From Lepidodermella squamata (lineage: Eukaryota > Animalia > Gastrotricha), in the NCBI GenBank assembly GCA_047495785.1, contig JBLDXI010000016.1, positions 124,001-188,000 on the forward strand: 64,000 nucleotides of DNA, written 5' to 3'. Each line of letters starts with the position of its first letter. Position 1 is the stretch's first letter. Positions 24,486-36,748 of the stretch are shown piece after piece. Both the position numbers and the translations under genes were made by a program. A model generated the notes under the pieces. The model was not told the DNA's origin and did not search any database. It saw nothing but the letters and a program-made list of their open reading frames with translations.

Positions 24486-25110
24486 ATGCGGTTGAGACAT
24501 ATTTCAAACTTGCCTACGATTATTCTTTCCAGTTCGATCGCGGTACTTTTGCTAGTCAACCGTAAACAATTTTTTTAATTTATTTTAAAATTTGAATTAA
24601 TTATCTGAATATTGCACATTTTTAATAATAATATTTTTTAATAATTTATTAATTTATTTTTAATAATTATTCATTTTTTCGAAATAATTTTACAAAATTT
24701 AATTTTTTGTCCAAATTCCATAATTTTTCAATTATTTCTGTATTTTTTCAGCTTGCAGCTTCGGACAGGTGATTTTGAGCTGTTACGTCGGATTCACGGA
24801 ACAGCCGACCAATGTGATGCAGAGTTGTACAGGCTGCGTGAAAATTGTCACGATATCAAACGGCATGACCGGCTACGCGAGGTACTGCACGCACACGCCG
24901 GCGGATTTCGCCGGCTGCAAGTCGACCGTCATATCGGCAACCGTCGACCAGACAAAGTGCTACTGCGACGACGATGACCTGTGCAATTCAGCCGTGGCGA
25001 TAACGGCGGCGAAGAATCTGCCCAAAGTCAGCGCGTTAACTTCGGCTATTTTCACAATTTTTGTGTTGAAATTTATTGTCATCAACAACCTCACGGGTAT
25101 TTTTCTGTGA
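24486..25110 (+). CDS. GPI-anchored three-finger (Ly6/uPAR, Quiver-like) protein; exons 24486-24561, 24752-25110
   Basis: Signal peptide exon, then LSCYVG...C..CVK...RYC...GC...CYC....LCN, followed by small residues (NSA) and a hydrophobic C-terminal GPI signal. Confidence 0.85.
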
Positions 25111-25283
25111 ATTCAACTGTTTGTCATAGTTTGTCGCATCAGTAAAGCAATTGAAAATAACGGGAAGGAATCGCTATTGAGTTGACGTCAAATCTCGTGG
25201 CTGGAAATTTTAAGTTAATTTCAAAAACAATCACAAGAATAGCAATCAAGCATGTCACTTGTTAATTGAATCATAAGTCCCGA

Positions 25284-25505
25284 AAAGTTGGTTAAATCGG
25301 GTTTAAAACCGAAAATTACCGAACCATTCCGGGTTTTCCGGTTTTTTCCGGTGAATTATATTCTTATTATATTGAATTATATGGAATATTCTTCAGTTAT
25401 CCGCGATTAAACCGAGGAAACAACAAATTTACCGAAGAAAACCGGGAAAATCCCGATGGTAACTGGTTCGGTAATTTTCGGTATTGTACCCGCTTGGACC
25501 AATTT
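25284..25505. mobile_element. Small MITE
   Basis: accgaaaattaccgaacca (25308) inverted as tggttcggtaattttcggt (ending 25482), with imperfect extension outward. Confidence 0.7.
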
Positions 25506-25549
25506 CTCCAGACTTTTTCGATCCCATTCAACTGACATACTGATTACTA

Positions 25550-25900
25550 TTCTCGTAATGCCTTCTTGTAAATGTCTTATTTCATTCGACAACAATTCAA
25601 CTGAATATTGTAGCGAATGATGGAATAAAGCAATTCCGAAGTCGATATTGATTCGGAAAGGGTCGTTTAGTTTAGTAATATTTTGAGCGCTCCAAAACAC
25701 CGTTCGGATTAAGGTTTTCGAACAGTATTGATTCATCCTTTTTACGTAAAAGAATGTCATTTAAAAGTCCCGATTTGCCAGCTCATGGGTTCCCCAGAAA
25801 TCTGTTTCAGAATCGATTAAAGCCAGCACGGATCGAAAGAAATTAGCCGAGCTGTCAGGTTGCTTAGGCAGAGACCTGTTTGAATCCAGGCAAAGTTCAT
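25550..25900 (-). pseudogene. Decayed P-loop GTPase relic (IRG-like); duplicated at ~31020-31420
   Basis: Minus strand at ~25761-25805 reads RFLGNP*AGKSGLLNDIL (Walker A GxxxxGKS with an internal TGA), then NGVLERS and RPFPN; several stops. Confidence 0.45.
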
Positions 25901-26567
25901 GCCGGTTATTTCAAATCGAATCAATTTGAAGCAGCACAAATTAGTTATGGAGCTGAACTTTCAGGATTTCGCGGAATTGTTGCCCGTCTATTCAGATTTA
26001 TTTTGCAGAGCGTGTCAAAGGATTCGAACCCAAGAAGATGACACGTTTTGCTCCGAGCGCTACCTCTTGCTAGCATTATTACTTTCTAATCTCCATTCGA
26101 CGACAACAACCGCCTATTTAAGTGTGAACAGCTTCAAAATTAAAGGTTAATAATTGCTGCTGTTGGCTGAGAAATTGGTTGTTTTTATTGATTTTGTATC
26201 ACTCATGTCAGAAGCGGAAAATTTGTTCATTATCGAGCAGACACGATCATCGAGGTAAAGACAGTATTGAGCACCTAATTACGAATTAGCGCACGGGAAA
26301 CTCAGCCGCAATGCTCAGATATTAGCTGTTGACGTGAAAAATTGTTGCTTAGGCCTTCATAATCTCTAAAAATACGAAACTTGTCGTTTGGTTGAGGCTT
26401 ACTACAGTCGTGATTGGTATTTCGGAAAAACTCCCACCACGAAGAAATTAGAAACGCGCTGCTGTCAAGTTGATGATGTTCGTCTAACTCTATATAAACA
26501 CATTTCAACCTGGGCAAAATCTGATAGCTCCTAACCATTAAAAACAGCCAAGTTTTGCGACAGAAAA

Positions 26568-26963
26568 ATGGACAAAATTGAGGAATCTAATGTTGACTTG
26601 TCATACGATTGGTTGTTCGGAATAGGCCAAGAGAAAGGCTTCCATGACGCGAGGCCTTACTTCGTCGGCTGGTATCACGATGTCCAAGCCAAGTCGATCG
26701 AAGACCGGCTTCCCTATGTGATATTTCTCTGCCTCCTGACTTTCGCCGTTCTAATTGCAACAATCGCAAATGCTATAGTTTTCTACAATAAGTGGCGGGT
26801 TTGGATGAATATCATCGAACATACGGCCTCGCTTGGATTCAGCAATTTTATATGCTGTCTAGCCATTACAGTACCCAACATCGTTACCCTGGAAACAGGA
26901 CTTTGGGATTCAAATAACGGCGATTGCCGCACCGTTACTTGGGTTTCCATTCTCTTTGGATAA
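26568..26963 (+). pseudogene. Truncated GPCR paralog 1 (N-terminus to start of TM3 only)
   Basis: Homologous to the other copies (RPYFVGWYHDV..KSIEDRLPY). Ends abruptly at ggataat, where it joins the upstream flank of paralog 2. Confidence 0.85.
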
Positions 26964-27405
26964 TCAGCTAATTATTGTTGACACTAACTGCATCTCTGAT
27001 CTAAAAAATGCACAACTTGTCGCTCAGTTTTTTATTGATTTTATATCACTCACGTGTAGACTTCTCGGGATGATGAGCCGTAGAGCATTACCGGCTGCGC
27101 TGACTTATATTTCATTTCCTTATATTTCATTATCGAGCTGGCTAGTAAACACAGTATCAAGCACTTAATTACGAAATAAAATTGTTCCTTACGCCTTCAT
27201 AATCTCTAAAAATACGAAACTTGTCGTTTGGCTGTCGTTTGACTACAGTCGTGATTGGTTGTTCGGGGAAACCCATCGCTAAAAAATTAGAAACGCGCTG
27301 TTGTCAAGTTGATGATGTTCTTCTAACTTTACATCAACACATCTCAGTCTCAACAAAATATCATTGCTTTGAAACTTTGAATACAGCTGATTTTATGATC
27401 AAATT

Positions 27406-28579
27406 ATGGACAGAATTGACTTGAAATACGATTGGATGTTCGGATTTATTCCAGAGAAAGGCTTTAAGGGCGCGAGGCCTTACTTCCTCGGATGGTATCA
27501 CGATGTCCATTCCAAGTCGATCGAAGACCGGCTTCCCTATGTGATTATTCTCTGCCTCCTGACTTTCGCCGTTCTAACTGCATCAATCGCAAATGCTATA
27601 GTTTTCTACAAATGGCGGGTTTGGAAGAATTTCCTCTCTAATACGGTCTCGCTTGGATCCAGCAATTTTATATGCTGTCTATATATAACAATACCCCACA
27701 TCATAACCGTCAAAACAGGACTTTGGGAGTCAAATAAGGAAGATTGTGGCACCGTTACTTATATTCCCTTTATCTTTGGAACATACAGCTTTTTCGTAAT
27801 GTCGATGATAAGTCACGATTGGAAGCTTTTCTTTCGAGGAATCAGCCAGAATCAACCAATAACCGCTATAAAAGTGATTTTTTCACATCTGTTCATCAAC
27901 TTTCTTCAACGCGAGTTTTATTTAGTATGCTGTTATAGATCGTGTTCAAGTCTTCAATAATTTGGGGTTTTTTGGCTGTTCTGTTGGAATTGCGACAATC
28001 CTTCCTTTTACCGTCGGTGTTGGAAATTGGAACGTCCCTGGAGTAGCAAATGCGACTCTACAAGCTTACTGTGGAAATTTTGTCTACAAGCTAGGCGATA
28101 CCGATGCTTCAATTCTTCTATCGGTTTACAGCTTTATTGTTCTTCTGATGATCGGCCCTGGACTTCTCGAATATAGGTCGATTTTCAGGATGCTTAAAAA
28201 GCTATTGAAAGCACCATCCCCATTGAGCTCACCAGCTCTCTCACACAAGAAGTTCGCAACGAATGAGTCGATCAATCCGAGCGCGCAGCTCTTACCTAAT
28301 GACTGCCAGGAGATGGACATATTTCTTGTGAAGCAATCGTTTGCGGTTTTCGTCATCTCTGTCATTTGCCGCATTCCGCTGCTTATTTCAGTGAGTTTGA
28401 TGCGGTTCTACGATTCAGCTGGGCCGTACGCTCTGCGAACTTGGACGCATCGGACAGCCGTGATAATAATGATGGTACAAATGGCTGTCACGCCGATTTT
28501 ACAATGCTTGCCACCTGAAGTCTTTCGCAATTTTATGGGGCGTAGGCGTGGATCTACCCAGAAGCAGGATACGTACTAG
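27406..28579 (+). CDS. Divergent rhodopsin-class 7TM GPCR, paralog 2 (intron 27874-27925)
   Basis: Seven hydrophobic segments; TM1 IANAIV, TM3 Cys paired with ECL2 Cys (AYCG), TM6 ICRIP, TM7 VTPILQ. The 52-nt intron joins the two ORFs in frame. Confidence 0.82.
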
Positions 28580-28669
28580 ACTATTCATGGACGTACTACC
28601 GTCACACAAAATGTCAGCAAGTTGGACTTAGCACCTTATCAATCATTTAAGTAGTAGAGTACCATAGAG

Positions 28670-29336
28670 TTAAAAACTAGCTCTATGATCACGTCATTTC
28701 TGATGTTCTGCAGGAATGAATACGAAATTGAAGAAATAATATCACCCAACCCGCAGTTAGCAATTTTGCTGTCATCCCCATGAAAGCCGTTTCTGATTCC
28801 AAATCAGTTTATTGCTAGTCAAATTTAATATTTAATTGTTAATTCTGTGGTGGACTTCGATGTATTATTTCAATTGAGTTTGACCCGTCTTTCTGTCAGT
28901 TTTTTTCTAAGAGTTGTTTTTGTGCTTGTGAAGTCTGTTTCAAATGGCTTCTTTTTTTTGCTTTAATCAATATATTTCCTGTTCAGACTCGTATCTCGGC
29001 AGTCTATTCTTGTGATGTTCTGTTAACGCCACTTATTCTTGATATACATAATATATCGGTTGCTTCACTCATCGCAGTCAAGTTTTTGATATTCGTAGAG
29101 TTCAAAGAATTTTGAATTTTAAAAATAAATGGAGTCTTCATAGTCCTTACGGTCCCGTTGTCACCTTATTCAAATACGCTTCACCTGGTTACCATAGGCA
29201 ACGATTGAATGCGAATGGATACGATTTCGATTGGCATTCAAAAATGCATTTTCCATAAGATTTTTTCCTTGGCATTCGAATTAAATTTAAAAAAACAGAT
29301 AACGGGGTTTTCCATTGCTCGAAAATAGTTCTATCG
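28670..29336. repeat. 3' flank of the GPCR duplication unit (near-identical to ~34949-35628)
   Basis: aaaactagctctatgatcacg ... aaaatagttctat is shared. Confidence 0.9.
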
Positions 29337-30121
29337 TCTATCCCTGGTATGAGAATAGGATTCCTAGAAGTATAAAGAGTGGCTTTGTTTACTGAAAAGC
29401 GAGGCTCAAAGTGGCGCGCGACAAACAGGTGACACTTGGCCCGAATGTTTCAAAGATGATTCATATTCTATCGATTATTAAAAGCGATCACATGGCAATC
29501 AAGCCAAGGAACAAAGTGTCGCGTGCTCATATCTCAGTATTTTCATACATTTATCTTGTTTCAAATTCAATTTCGTATTAAACCCACCCCTTTATAATTT
29601 TAAACATTTTTTAGGATTAACAGCTGTTCTACTGCTCTCTATTTCGTTCAAGTATTGGCCTGCAACAGAAACAGGGGCAAGACCTAGCCGCATTTAGCCC
29701 CATCTCTATATGTATGTTTTCGAAATTTGCGAGGGTTATCTTCGGCGAAGTTGCCATTCTTAGCCCTTTCAATGAATTTTTTTGAATTTTGTCCCAATTG
29801 GTTATTGCATCTTCCAATGTTGCGGAACCGAAATCTCGGCCGAAATTGCCTTTTCGCAAATTCCCGGGAATTCCAAAATCAATGTAGAAAGTTAGGGTAA
29901 ATGTTCTCCATGATTTTCAGTACCAAACCCGGCCCATACTTTATCAATGTTTGTAAAGTGAAATTCAACGCTGTGGTCAACTTTTATTCCACTTCCCCAG
30001 CAGGAAAATTCGGCTCTCAGAGCTGAAAGTCTGAAAGTAGAGATCTTGCGATCTGGCGAATATTTCACGCGTTATTTACCCTCGGGTTCTTGGGCATCAC
30101 AATAGGTGACAATAGTGTGTC

Positions 30122-30510
30122 AAGTTTTAGTGTGAATTTATTTGCTATAGGAAGATCGTAACTTTCCGATCTATATCGAGTTGGATATGCTCCCAATTTT
30201 TCTTAAAATTTCTGCGATTCCCATGAACAACATTTCAGCCGGTTTTCAGACGAGCAAAGTGAGCCACGAGCTAACGCCTTTTTCGAAGATTTTACCTGGA
30301 ATTTTGACCAAAAACGAACCAAATCTTCGCAATTACCAAGTTTCATGAAAATAAACAGGCGACTCTCAGTTTGAGAAGCCCTGGTTTATCAGCTCGTCAG
30401 GTTGATAGCTTGAATCAACGTCTTAACGCGCTATCTATACCATTTTTATGATTTAGAGAAGCGGTAGAAGCACCAGGCATTATTACAATACATGAAAAAC
30501 TGCCCTGTAT
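30122..30510. repeat. Duplicated block (matches ~37113-37740 without the hAT insertion)
   Basis: gttttagtgtgaatttatttgctatagg ... actgccctgtatatt is shared; it provides the empty site for the 37368 MITE. Confidence 0.85.
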
Positions 30511-30562
30511 ATTGGCTCAACCGATCAACAAATATTAGGAAATTTGAAATTTTAATTTGAAA

Positions 30563-30985
30563 TTTGGACGTGAGCTGCTGGACAAAGCTGGGTTTTGCTG
30601 GAAAGTGTCAACTAAAATTTTGCTGGACTTGCGATTTGCTATCGAGCACTATAAACATAATATTAATATAGACTGACTACTCACGAGAAAAGTGGTGCGC
30701 TTCACCTGGTTACGACAGGCAGCGATTGAAAACGAATGGATACGATTCTTATTGGCATTCAAAAATGCATGTCCCACATGTAAAAACAGACAACGGGGTT
30801 TGCCATAGCTTGAAGAGTTTCTATCCCTGGTATGAACGGCCTACCATAATATGAATCCTTGGGAATTCCTAGAAGAGTGTGTTTGTTTACCACACGTTGC
30901 ATGTTGCCGATGCCACAGTTGGGCCGATACCAGGTATAAGTTTGACAGCTTCCTCGCCTAAACTCTGAGCAAGGGTTTTATTTTA
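30563..30985. repeat. Duplicated block (near-identical to ~39972-40397)
   Basis: ttggacgtgagctgctggacaaagc ... agcaagggttttattt is shared. Confidence 0.9.
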
Positions 30986-31987
30986 TTTTATTTTAAGGAA
31001 CAATTGACATACTCGATTACTACTATTCTCGTAATGCCTTCTTGCAAATGTCTTGTTTCATTCGACAACAATTCCACTGAATTTTAGCAAATGAGAGAAC
31101 TTCAAGAGGGACTCGGTACAACCGTGATGGAATAAAGTAATTCCGAAGTCGATATTGATTTGGAAAAGGGTCGTTTAATTTAGGAATATTTTGAGCGCAC
31201 AAAAACACCGGTGGAAGTAAGGCTTTCGAAAAGTATTGATTCGTTGTTTTTTAGTACGTAAAAGGATTTCATTTAGAAATCCCGATCTGCCAGCTCATGG
31301 GTTCCCCAGAAATCCGTTCCGGAATCGAAGCCAGCGGAAGCCAGCACGGATCGAATGAAACTAACCGAGTTTTCAGGCAGAGATCGGGCAGAGATATCTG
31401 TTTGAACTCAGGCAAAGTTCATGGCGGTTATTTCAAGTCAAGTCTGGGGGTTACCTGTAGCTAGCATTATTACTTTCTACTTTCCATGCAACAGCAACCG
31501 CTTTTTCGAGTGTGAACAGCTTCAAAATTGAAGGTTAATAATTGCTGCCGCTGGCTGAGAAATCTCGAAAATAAGCAACTTGGTTGTTTTTATTGATTTT
31601 GTATCAATCATGTTTAGACATCAGAAGCGGAAAAAACTGCGCTTTTTTCGTTATCAAGCTGACATGATCATCGAGGTAAACACAGTATCAAGCCCTTAAT
31701 TACGAATTAGCGCGTGTGCAACTCAGCCGCAATGCTCAGATATCAGACGTGTAAAATTGTTGCTTAGGCCTTCACAATTGTATCTAAAAATACGAAAATT
31801 GTCGTTTGGTTGAGGCTTACTACAGTCGTGATTGGTTGTTCGGAGAAATCCTAGGACGAAGAAATTAGGAATGCGTTGCTGACAAGTTGAGGATCTTCTT
31901 CTAACTTAACATCAGAAAAATTCAGTCGGAACAACATTTCATTGCTTCGAACCTCTGGGTACCTACAGCTAATTTTTTATTTAAAAT

Positions 31988-33232
31988 ATGAACAAAATTA
32001 ACGATTGGTTGTTCGGATATATCCCAGGGAAAGGCTTCGACAGCGATAGGCCTTACTTCGTCGGCTGGTATCACGATGTCCATGCCAAGTCGATCGAAGA
32101 CCGGCTCCCCTATGTGATTATTCTCTGCCTCCTGACTTTCGCCGTTCTAATTGCAACAATCGCAAATGCTATAGTTTTCTACAAATGGCGGGTTAGGTTG
32201 CATTTTCTGACTTGTTCGGCCATTCTTGGAGGCATCAATTTTATATGCTGTCTATATATAACATTACCCCACATCATAACCCTCGAAACAGGATTTTGGG
32301 AGTCAGATAACGATGATTGCCGCAGCTTCACTGTATTTTCATTCCTCTTTGGAACATGCGGCCTTTTCCAAATGTCGATGATAAGTCACGATTGGATGCT
32401 TTTCATTCGAGGAATCAGCCAGAATCGACCGATAACTGCTATAAAAGTTATTTTTGCTGTTCTGTTCATCAATTTTTTGAAAACGATTTTTATTCAGCAT
32501 GCTGTTATGGATCGTGTTCAAGTCTTCACTTTTTGGGGGTGTTTGGGCTGTTCTGTTGGAATTCCGGCAATCATTCCTTTTACAATCAAGGTTGGCTATT
32601 GGAACGTCTCGGGAGAAGCAAATGCGACTCAACAAGCTTACTGTGGCAATTTTGTCTCCAAGCTTGGTGATACTGATACTTCAATCTTTCTGACGGTCTG
32701 CAACTTTGTTGTTCTTCTGATGGTCGGCCCCAGTATTTTCTTCGACTGTAGGTCGATTTTCAGGATGCTTGAAAAGCTATCGAAAGGCGCACCATCCTCA
32801 TCGTGCTCACCAGCTCTCTCACACAGGGAGTTATCAACGAATGAGTCCAGTAATCCCGATGCTGAGCTTTTACCTGCTGAATGCCAGGCTATCGACATAT
32901 TCCTCATAAAGCAATCCATTGCGGTTGTTGTCATCTCTGTCATTTGCCGCATTCCTTTGTTTATTTCAGTGGGTTTGCTGCCGTTCTACGATTCATTTGG
33001 GCCGTACGCGCTGCGAACTTGGACGCATCGGACAGCCGTGATAATAATGATGGTACAAATGGCTGTCACGCCGGTTTTACAATGCTTGCCACCTGAATTC
33101 TTTCGCAATTTTATGGGGCGTAGGCGTGGATCTACCCAAAAGCATGAGACGTACTATACTATTCATGGACGTACTACCGTCACACAAAAAATTAGCAAGT
33201 TGGACATTGCACCTTATCAATCATTTAAGTAG
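31988..33232 (+). CDS. Divergent rhodopsin-class GPCR, paralog 3 (in-frame intron 32447-32497)
   Basis: Full-length ORF. The 51-nt GT..CAG segment sits at the same position as the frame-shifting introns of paralogs 2 and 4. Confidence 0.85.
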   Translation: MNKINDWLFGYIPGKGFDSDRPYFVGWYHDVHAKSIEDRLPYVIILCLLTFAVLIATIANAIVFYKWRVRLHFLTCSAILGGINFICCLYITLPHIITLETGFWESDNDDCRSFTVFSFLFGTCGLFQMSMISHDWMLFIRGISQNRPITAIKVIFAVLFINFLKTIFIQHAVMDRVQVFTFWGCLGCSVGIPAIIPFTIKVGYWNVSGEANATQQAYCGNFVSKLGDTDTSIFLTVCNFVVLLMVGPSIFFDCRSIFRMLEKLSKGAPSSSCSPALSHRELSTNESSNPDAELLPAECQAIDIFLIKQSIAVVVISVICRIPLFISVGLLPFYDSFGPYALRTWTHRTAVIIMMVQMAVTPVLQCLPPEFFRNFMGRRRGSTQKHETYYTIHGRTTVTQKISKLDIAPYQSFK

Positions 33233-33240
33233 TAGAGTTA

Positions 33241-34176
33241 GAGGTTTATTACACTTTGATAGAATAGAAAATTACACTTTGATGGCTGTGTAAATTACAC
33301 TTTGATAAGTAGATGAATCATATTATTGTCGATTTTTTTTTGCTGCGCAGCTCTTCGAGAGTGTAAGAGATCTGCCCGTTTTTCTCTCCTGTAGTTTACT
33401 GCGATGAAGCTAGTTTTTTGGAGGGGAAAGCTGGCTGGTAGCTATTGTACAAGGTCTTCAAATAGCTACCAGCCAGCCACCTTTCGAAAGGCCTCCCAAA
33501 AAGCTACCAGCCAGCTTTCCCAAGGGGGCTGAGGTGCCCCTCCAAAAAACTAGCTTCATCGCAGTAAACTACAGGAGAGAAAAACGGGCAGATTAACTAA
33601 CCGGCGATAATGCGTGACCTTCAATTAAAAAGCACTCACCACCTTTTTTAGTGAGATGCGGCAAAGAAATAACTTTGATTTGCATATGCGCGACAGTTTT
33701 TATTGCGAAAAACTATCAGCATTGCAGCTGAATTAGCGCTAAGAGATCGCTCCCAGCTCGTGTTGCCAGTTTTTTTTGTGTCGATTCGCACGCGCGCGTG
33801 GTTTTTTGCACACACAAGCAAGTGTGCATATGCAAATCATTGACCAGGAAGTAACGTAACCCATCGTAGCATGGGACCTTAATCAAAAAGTGTCACTTAA
33901 ACTTTGGTAATTTCGAAAACTCTCCCCGTACTTATGACTCAACACAAACCGAGGCCGGCCCACATGCTCGCTCCGCTCGCATGGTAATGGGGGCAAAGTA
34001 TTGTCTTGTTGTTTGAGTGATCAGCTATCAGCTGAAATCTCTGACTTAGCGTATTTTCTCGAAGAGCTGCGCAGCAAAAAAAAATCGACAATAATATGAT
34101 TCATCTACTTATCAAAGTGTAATTTACACAGCCATCAAAGTGTAATTTTCTATTCTATCAAAGTGTAATAAACCTC
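33241..34176. mobile_element. Non-autonomous DNA transposon with ~120-bp perfect TIRs (GAGG...CCTC) and TA flanks
   Basis: 33241-33360 is the reverse complement of 34057-34176; each arm has three ttacactttgat repeats. Absent from the paralog-2 flank. Confidence 0.92.
33370..33593. repeat. Nested inverted repeat (~56-bp perfect arms) inside the 33241 element
   Basis: atctgcccgtttttctctcctgtagtttactgcgatgaagctagttttttggagggg and its exact reverse complement. Confidence 0.9.
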
Positions 34177-34181
34177 TAGAT

Positions 34182-34952
34182 TTAACCCTTTCATGGCGGA
34201 ATTATTTATCTGCGGGAGAAAAAATATTTGACGGCAGTTCTAGGGGTTTTAGAGGGCCCTGATCACGATTTTAAAACCCGCTTATCTCTATCTACCACCG
34301 TTAATGCTGTACAAAAACTGGCCGAAATCGTCCAATCCGCCCAGCTGATTTCAGCAGATTTTTTGAGCTCCCTAATTCTGTGTAAGGTGCCTCCAGCTTT
34401 GGAATTTTAGATTATAAATTACTCTTATGAATGTCCCCAAGATTCTCCCTCACTTAAATCGCCGAAAACATTCAGTTTGAAAAAGTTTCAGAGGCTCAGC
34501 ATTCAGATCTGAATTCAGCTTTTCCAGTTTTTGCTCGCGACAGTTTTTGCAGCACAAAAATCACGCACTCCGCCTGTATAAGTCCTGGCCGGTTTGATTA
34601 AATCTCAATAGCGTCGTCATTTTTCATTTCCTACTCGAAAAAATTTACACAGAGGTCAAAGAGACTATGGCGGACACGGTGGTATTTTTTGTTGGATCAA
34701 AAACTGATCAGAAACCTATGAGATTTCAAGTTGAAAAAAATCGAAATTTTAATCTCAGGTTGGCTATTTTCAAATTGCTTGTATGTCCTGACCATGCGAG
34801 ATAACGGCGTCCTGGTCTCAAAACCTTGTAGCCAACATCGAAAAGCAATATGCCTGAAAAAATTCCTCAAAAATTCATCGAATTCAATTTTCTGTGAATT
34901 TTCAAAGTCGAAATTCCGAAATCGTCCTTCCCGCCGTGAACGGGTCCGTTAA
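34182..34952. mobile_element. piggyBac-like non-autonomous element
   Basis: TTAA-CCCTTTCATGGCGGA ... TCCCGCCGTGAACGGG(tccg)-TTAA. The paralog-2 flank has a single TTAA at this site. Confidence 0.75.
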
Positions 34953-35747
34953 AAACTAGCTCTATGATCACGTCATTTCTGATGTTCTGCAGGATTTGTG
35001 AAAGGCGAATGAATACGAAATTGAAGAAATTATAACACCCAACCCGCAGTTAGCAATTTTGCTGTCATCCCCATGAAAGCCGTTTCTGATTCCAAATCAG
35101 TTTATTGCTAGTCAAATTTAATATTTAATTGTTAATTCTGTGGTGGACTTCGATGTATTATTTCAATTGAGTTTGACCCGTCTTTCTGTAAGTTTTTTCC
35201 TAAGAGTTGTTTTTGTGCTTGTGAAGTCTGTTTCAAATGGCTTCTTTTTTTTGCTTTAATCAATATATTTCCTGTTCAGACTCGTATCTCGGCAGTCTAT
35301 TCTTGTGATGTTCTGTTAACGCCACTTATTCTTGATATACATAATATATCGGTTGCTTCACTCATCGCAGTCAAGTTTTTGATATTCGTAGAGTTCAAAG
35401 AATTTTGAATTTTAAAAATAAATGGAGTCTTCATAGTCCTTACGGTCCCGTTGTCACCTTATTCAAATACGCTTCACCTGGTTACCATAGGCAACGATTG
35501 AATGCGAATGGATACGATTTCGATTGGCATTCAAAAATGCATTTTCCATAAGATTTTTTCCTTGGCATTCGAATTAAATTAAAAAAAAACAGATAACGGG
35601 GTTTTCCATTGCTCGAAAATAGTTCTATGCATTATTGGGCGACTTTGCAATCACATGACTAACGGCAAAGTCCAACTATTTTTTTCTGGTCTTGGTCGCG
35701 CGGACGCGCGGTCGTTGTGGTCGGGCAGTCGTGTAAAAAATGCTCGC

Positions 35748-36007
35748 TTAAAAATGAGAGTGAAAAAAACGATGCACCACCAGGAGTCGAACTAGGGATG
35801 TTGGAATAAAAAGCCATGTTTTTGATCCACTACGCCACCAGCTTGAAAAAATCGGCCGCGAAAATATTCATGCCTATATTGTTTTCAATCGATCCACTGA
35901 TAGAAACTCTTAATTGCCATGAATTTGTGGCGTAGTGGATCCATTTTATTCCAACATCCTTAGTTCGACTCCTGGTGGTGCATCGTTTTTTTCACTCTCA
36001 TTTTTAA
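35748..36007. repeat. Inverted pair of tRNA-derived sequences
   Basis: Each arm has an A-box-like TGGCGTAGTGG and a B-box/T-loop-like AGTTCGACTCCTGGTGGTGCA; arms ~35748-35838 (-) and ~35927-36007 (+). Confidence 0.7.
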
Positions 36008-36748
36008 AGGCTCGGATAAACGGGCAAACAGTTTGTCAAACATTTACTTCAAACATCGATGTTTGATGAAAATGTTTGAAATGCATATATACGATCAAAC
36101 TTGTTTGTCAAACATTGGAAAAGGTTAAAGGTCACTTCTCAGAGCTTCAAACATCAGTTTGTCAAACTTTCATTTACACGCTCAAGCAATGTTTGCAAGA
36201 AAACTAGAAAAATGTATGCAAATCATCAGGCATAATTTATGCAAGCGGACATAATTTGCATAATTTATGCAAATTATTAAGGTAATTTGTTTAATTTATG
36301 CAAATTAGGAGAAAAATAACAAAAACGGGTAGAATGCTTCTACATTTTCGACCACTCTGATATGATTTTTTTCCTTGCCGAGCGACCCTCAACATTTACG
36401 AATCAATGTGATCGTGTTTTATCCATTTTGTGAAGAAGCGCATGCAAAACTTCCGCATATATGTCGTTCCGGCTGGCACCTCCGCAGCAGCCACAGCGCC
36501 AAATGTTCGCATGTTTGCATGATTTTGTTTGAAGTCATTTTCAACAAACTTCACAAGCATTTTCTTTCAAACACGACTATTTAGACGGTCAAACATGTTT
36601 GAAAGCCTGGTTGGTCTTACCAATGTTTGAACAAAACGTTTGAACGTGTAAATGCAATGTTTGATTAAACAATGCTTGAAGCCGTTGTTTGCCAAACAAT
36701 GTTTGAAGTCAATGTTTGGCAAACATGTTTGCCCGTTTATCCGAGCCT
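36008..36748. mobile_element. PIF/Harbinger-like MITE
   Basis: TIR AGGCTCGGATAAACGGGCAAACA at both ends; 3-bp TAA target duplication; internal tgtttg/caaaca repeats. Confidence 0.88.

Noticed and set aside
29629-29859. 76-aa minus-strand ORF ending CPCFCC
   Set aside because: No ATG start, no supporting exons and no recognisable family; it may be a relic but cannot be supported.
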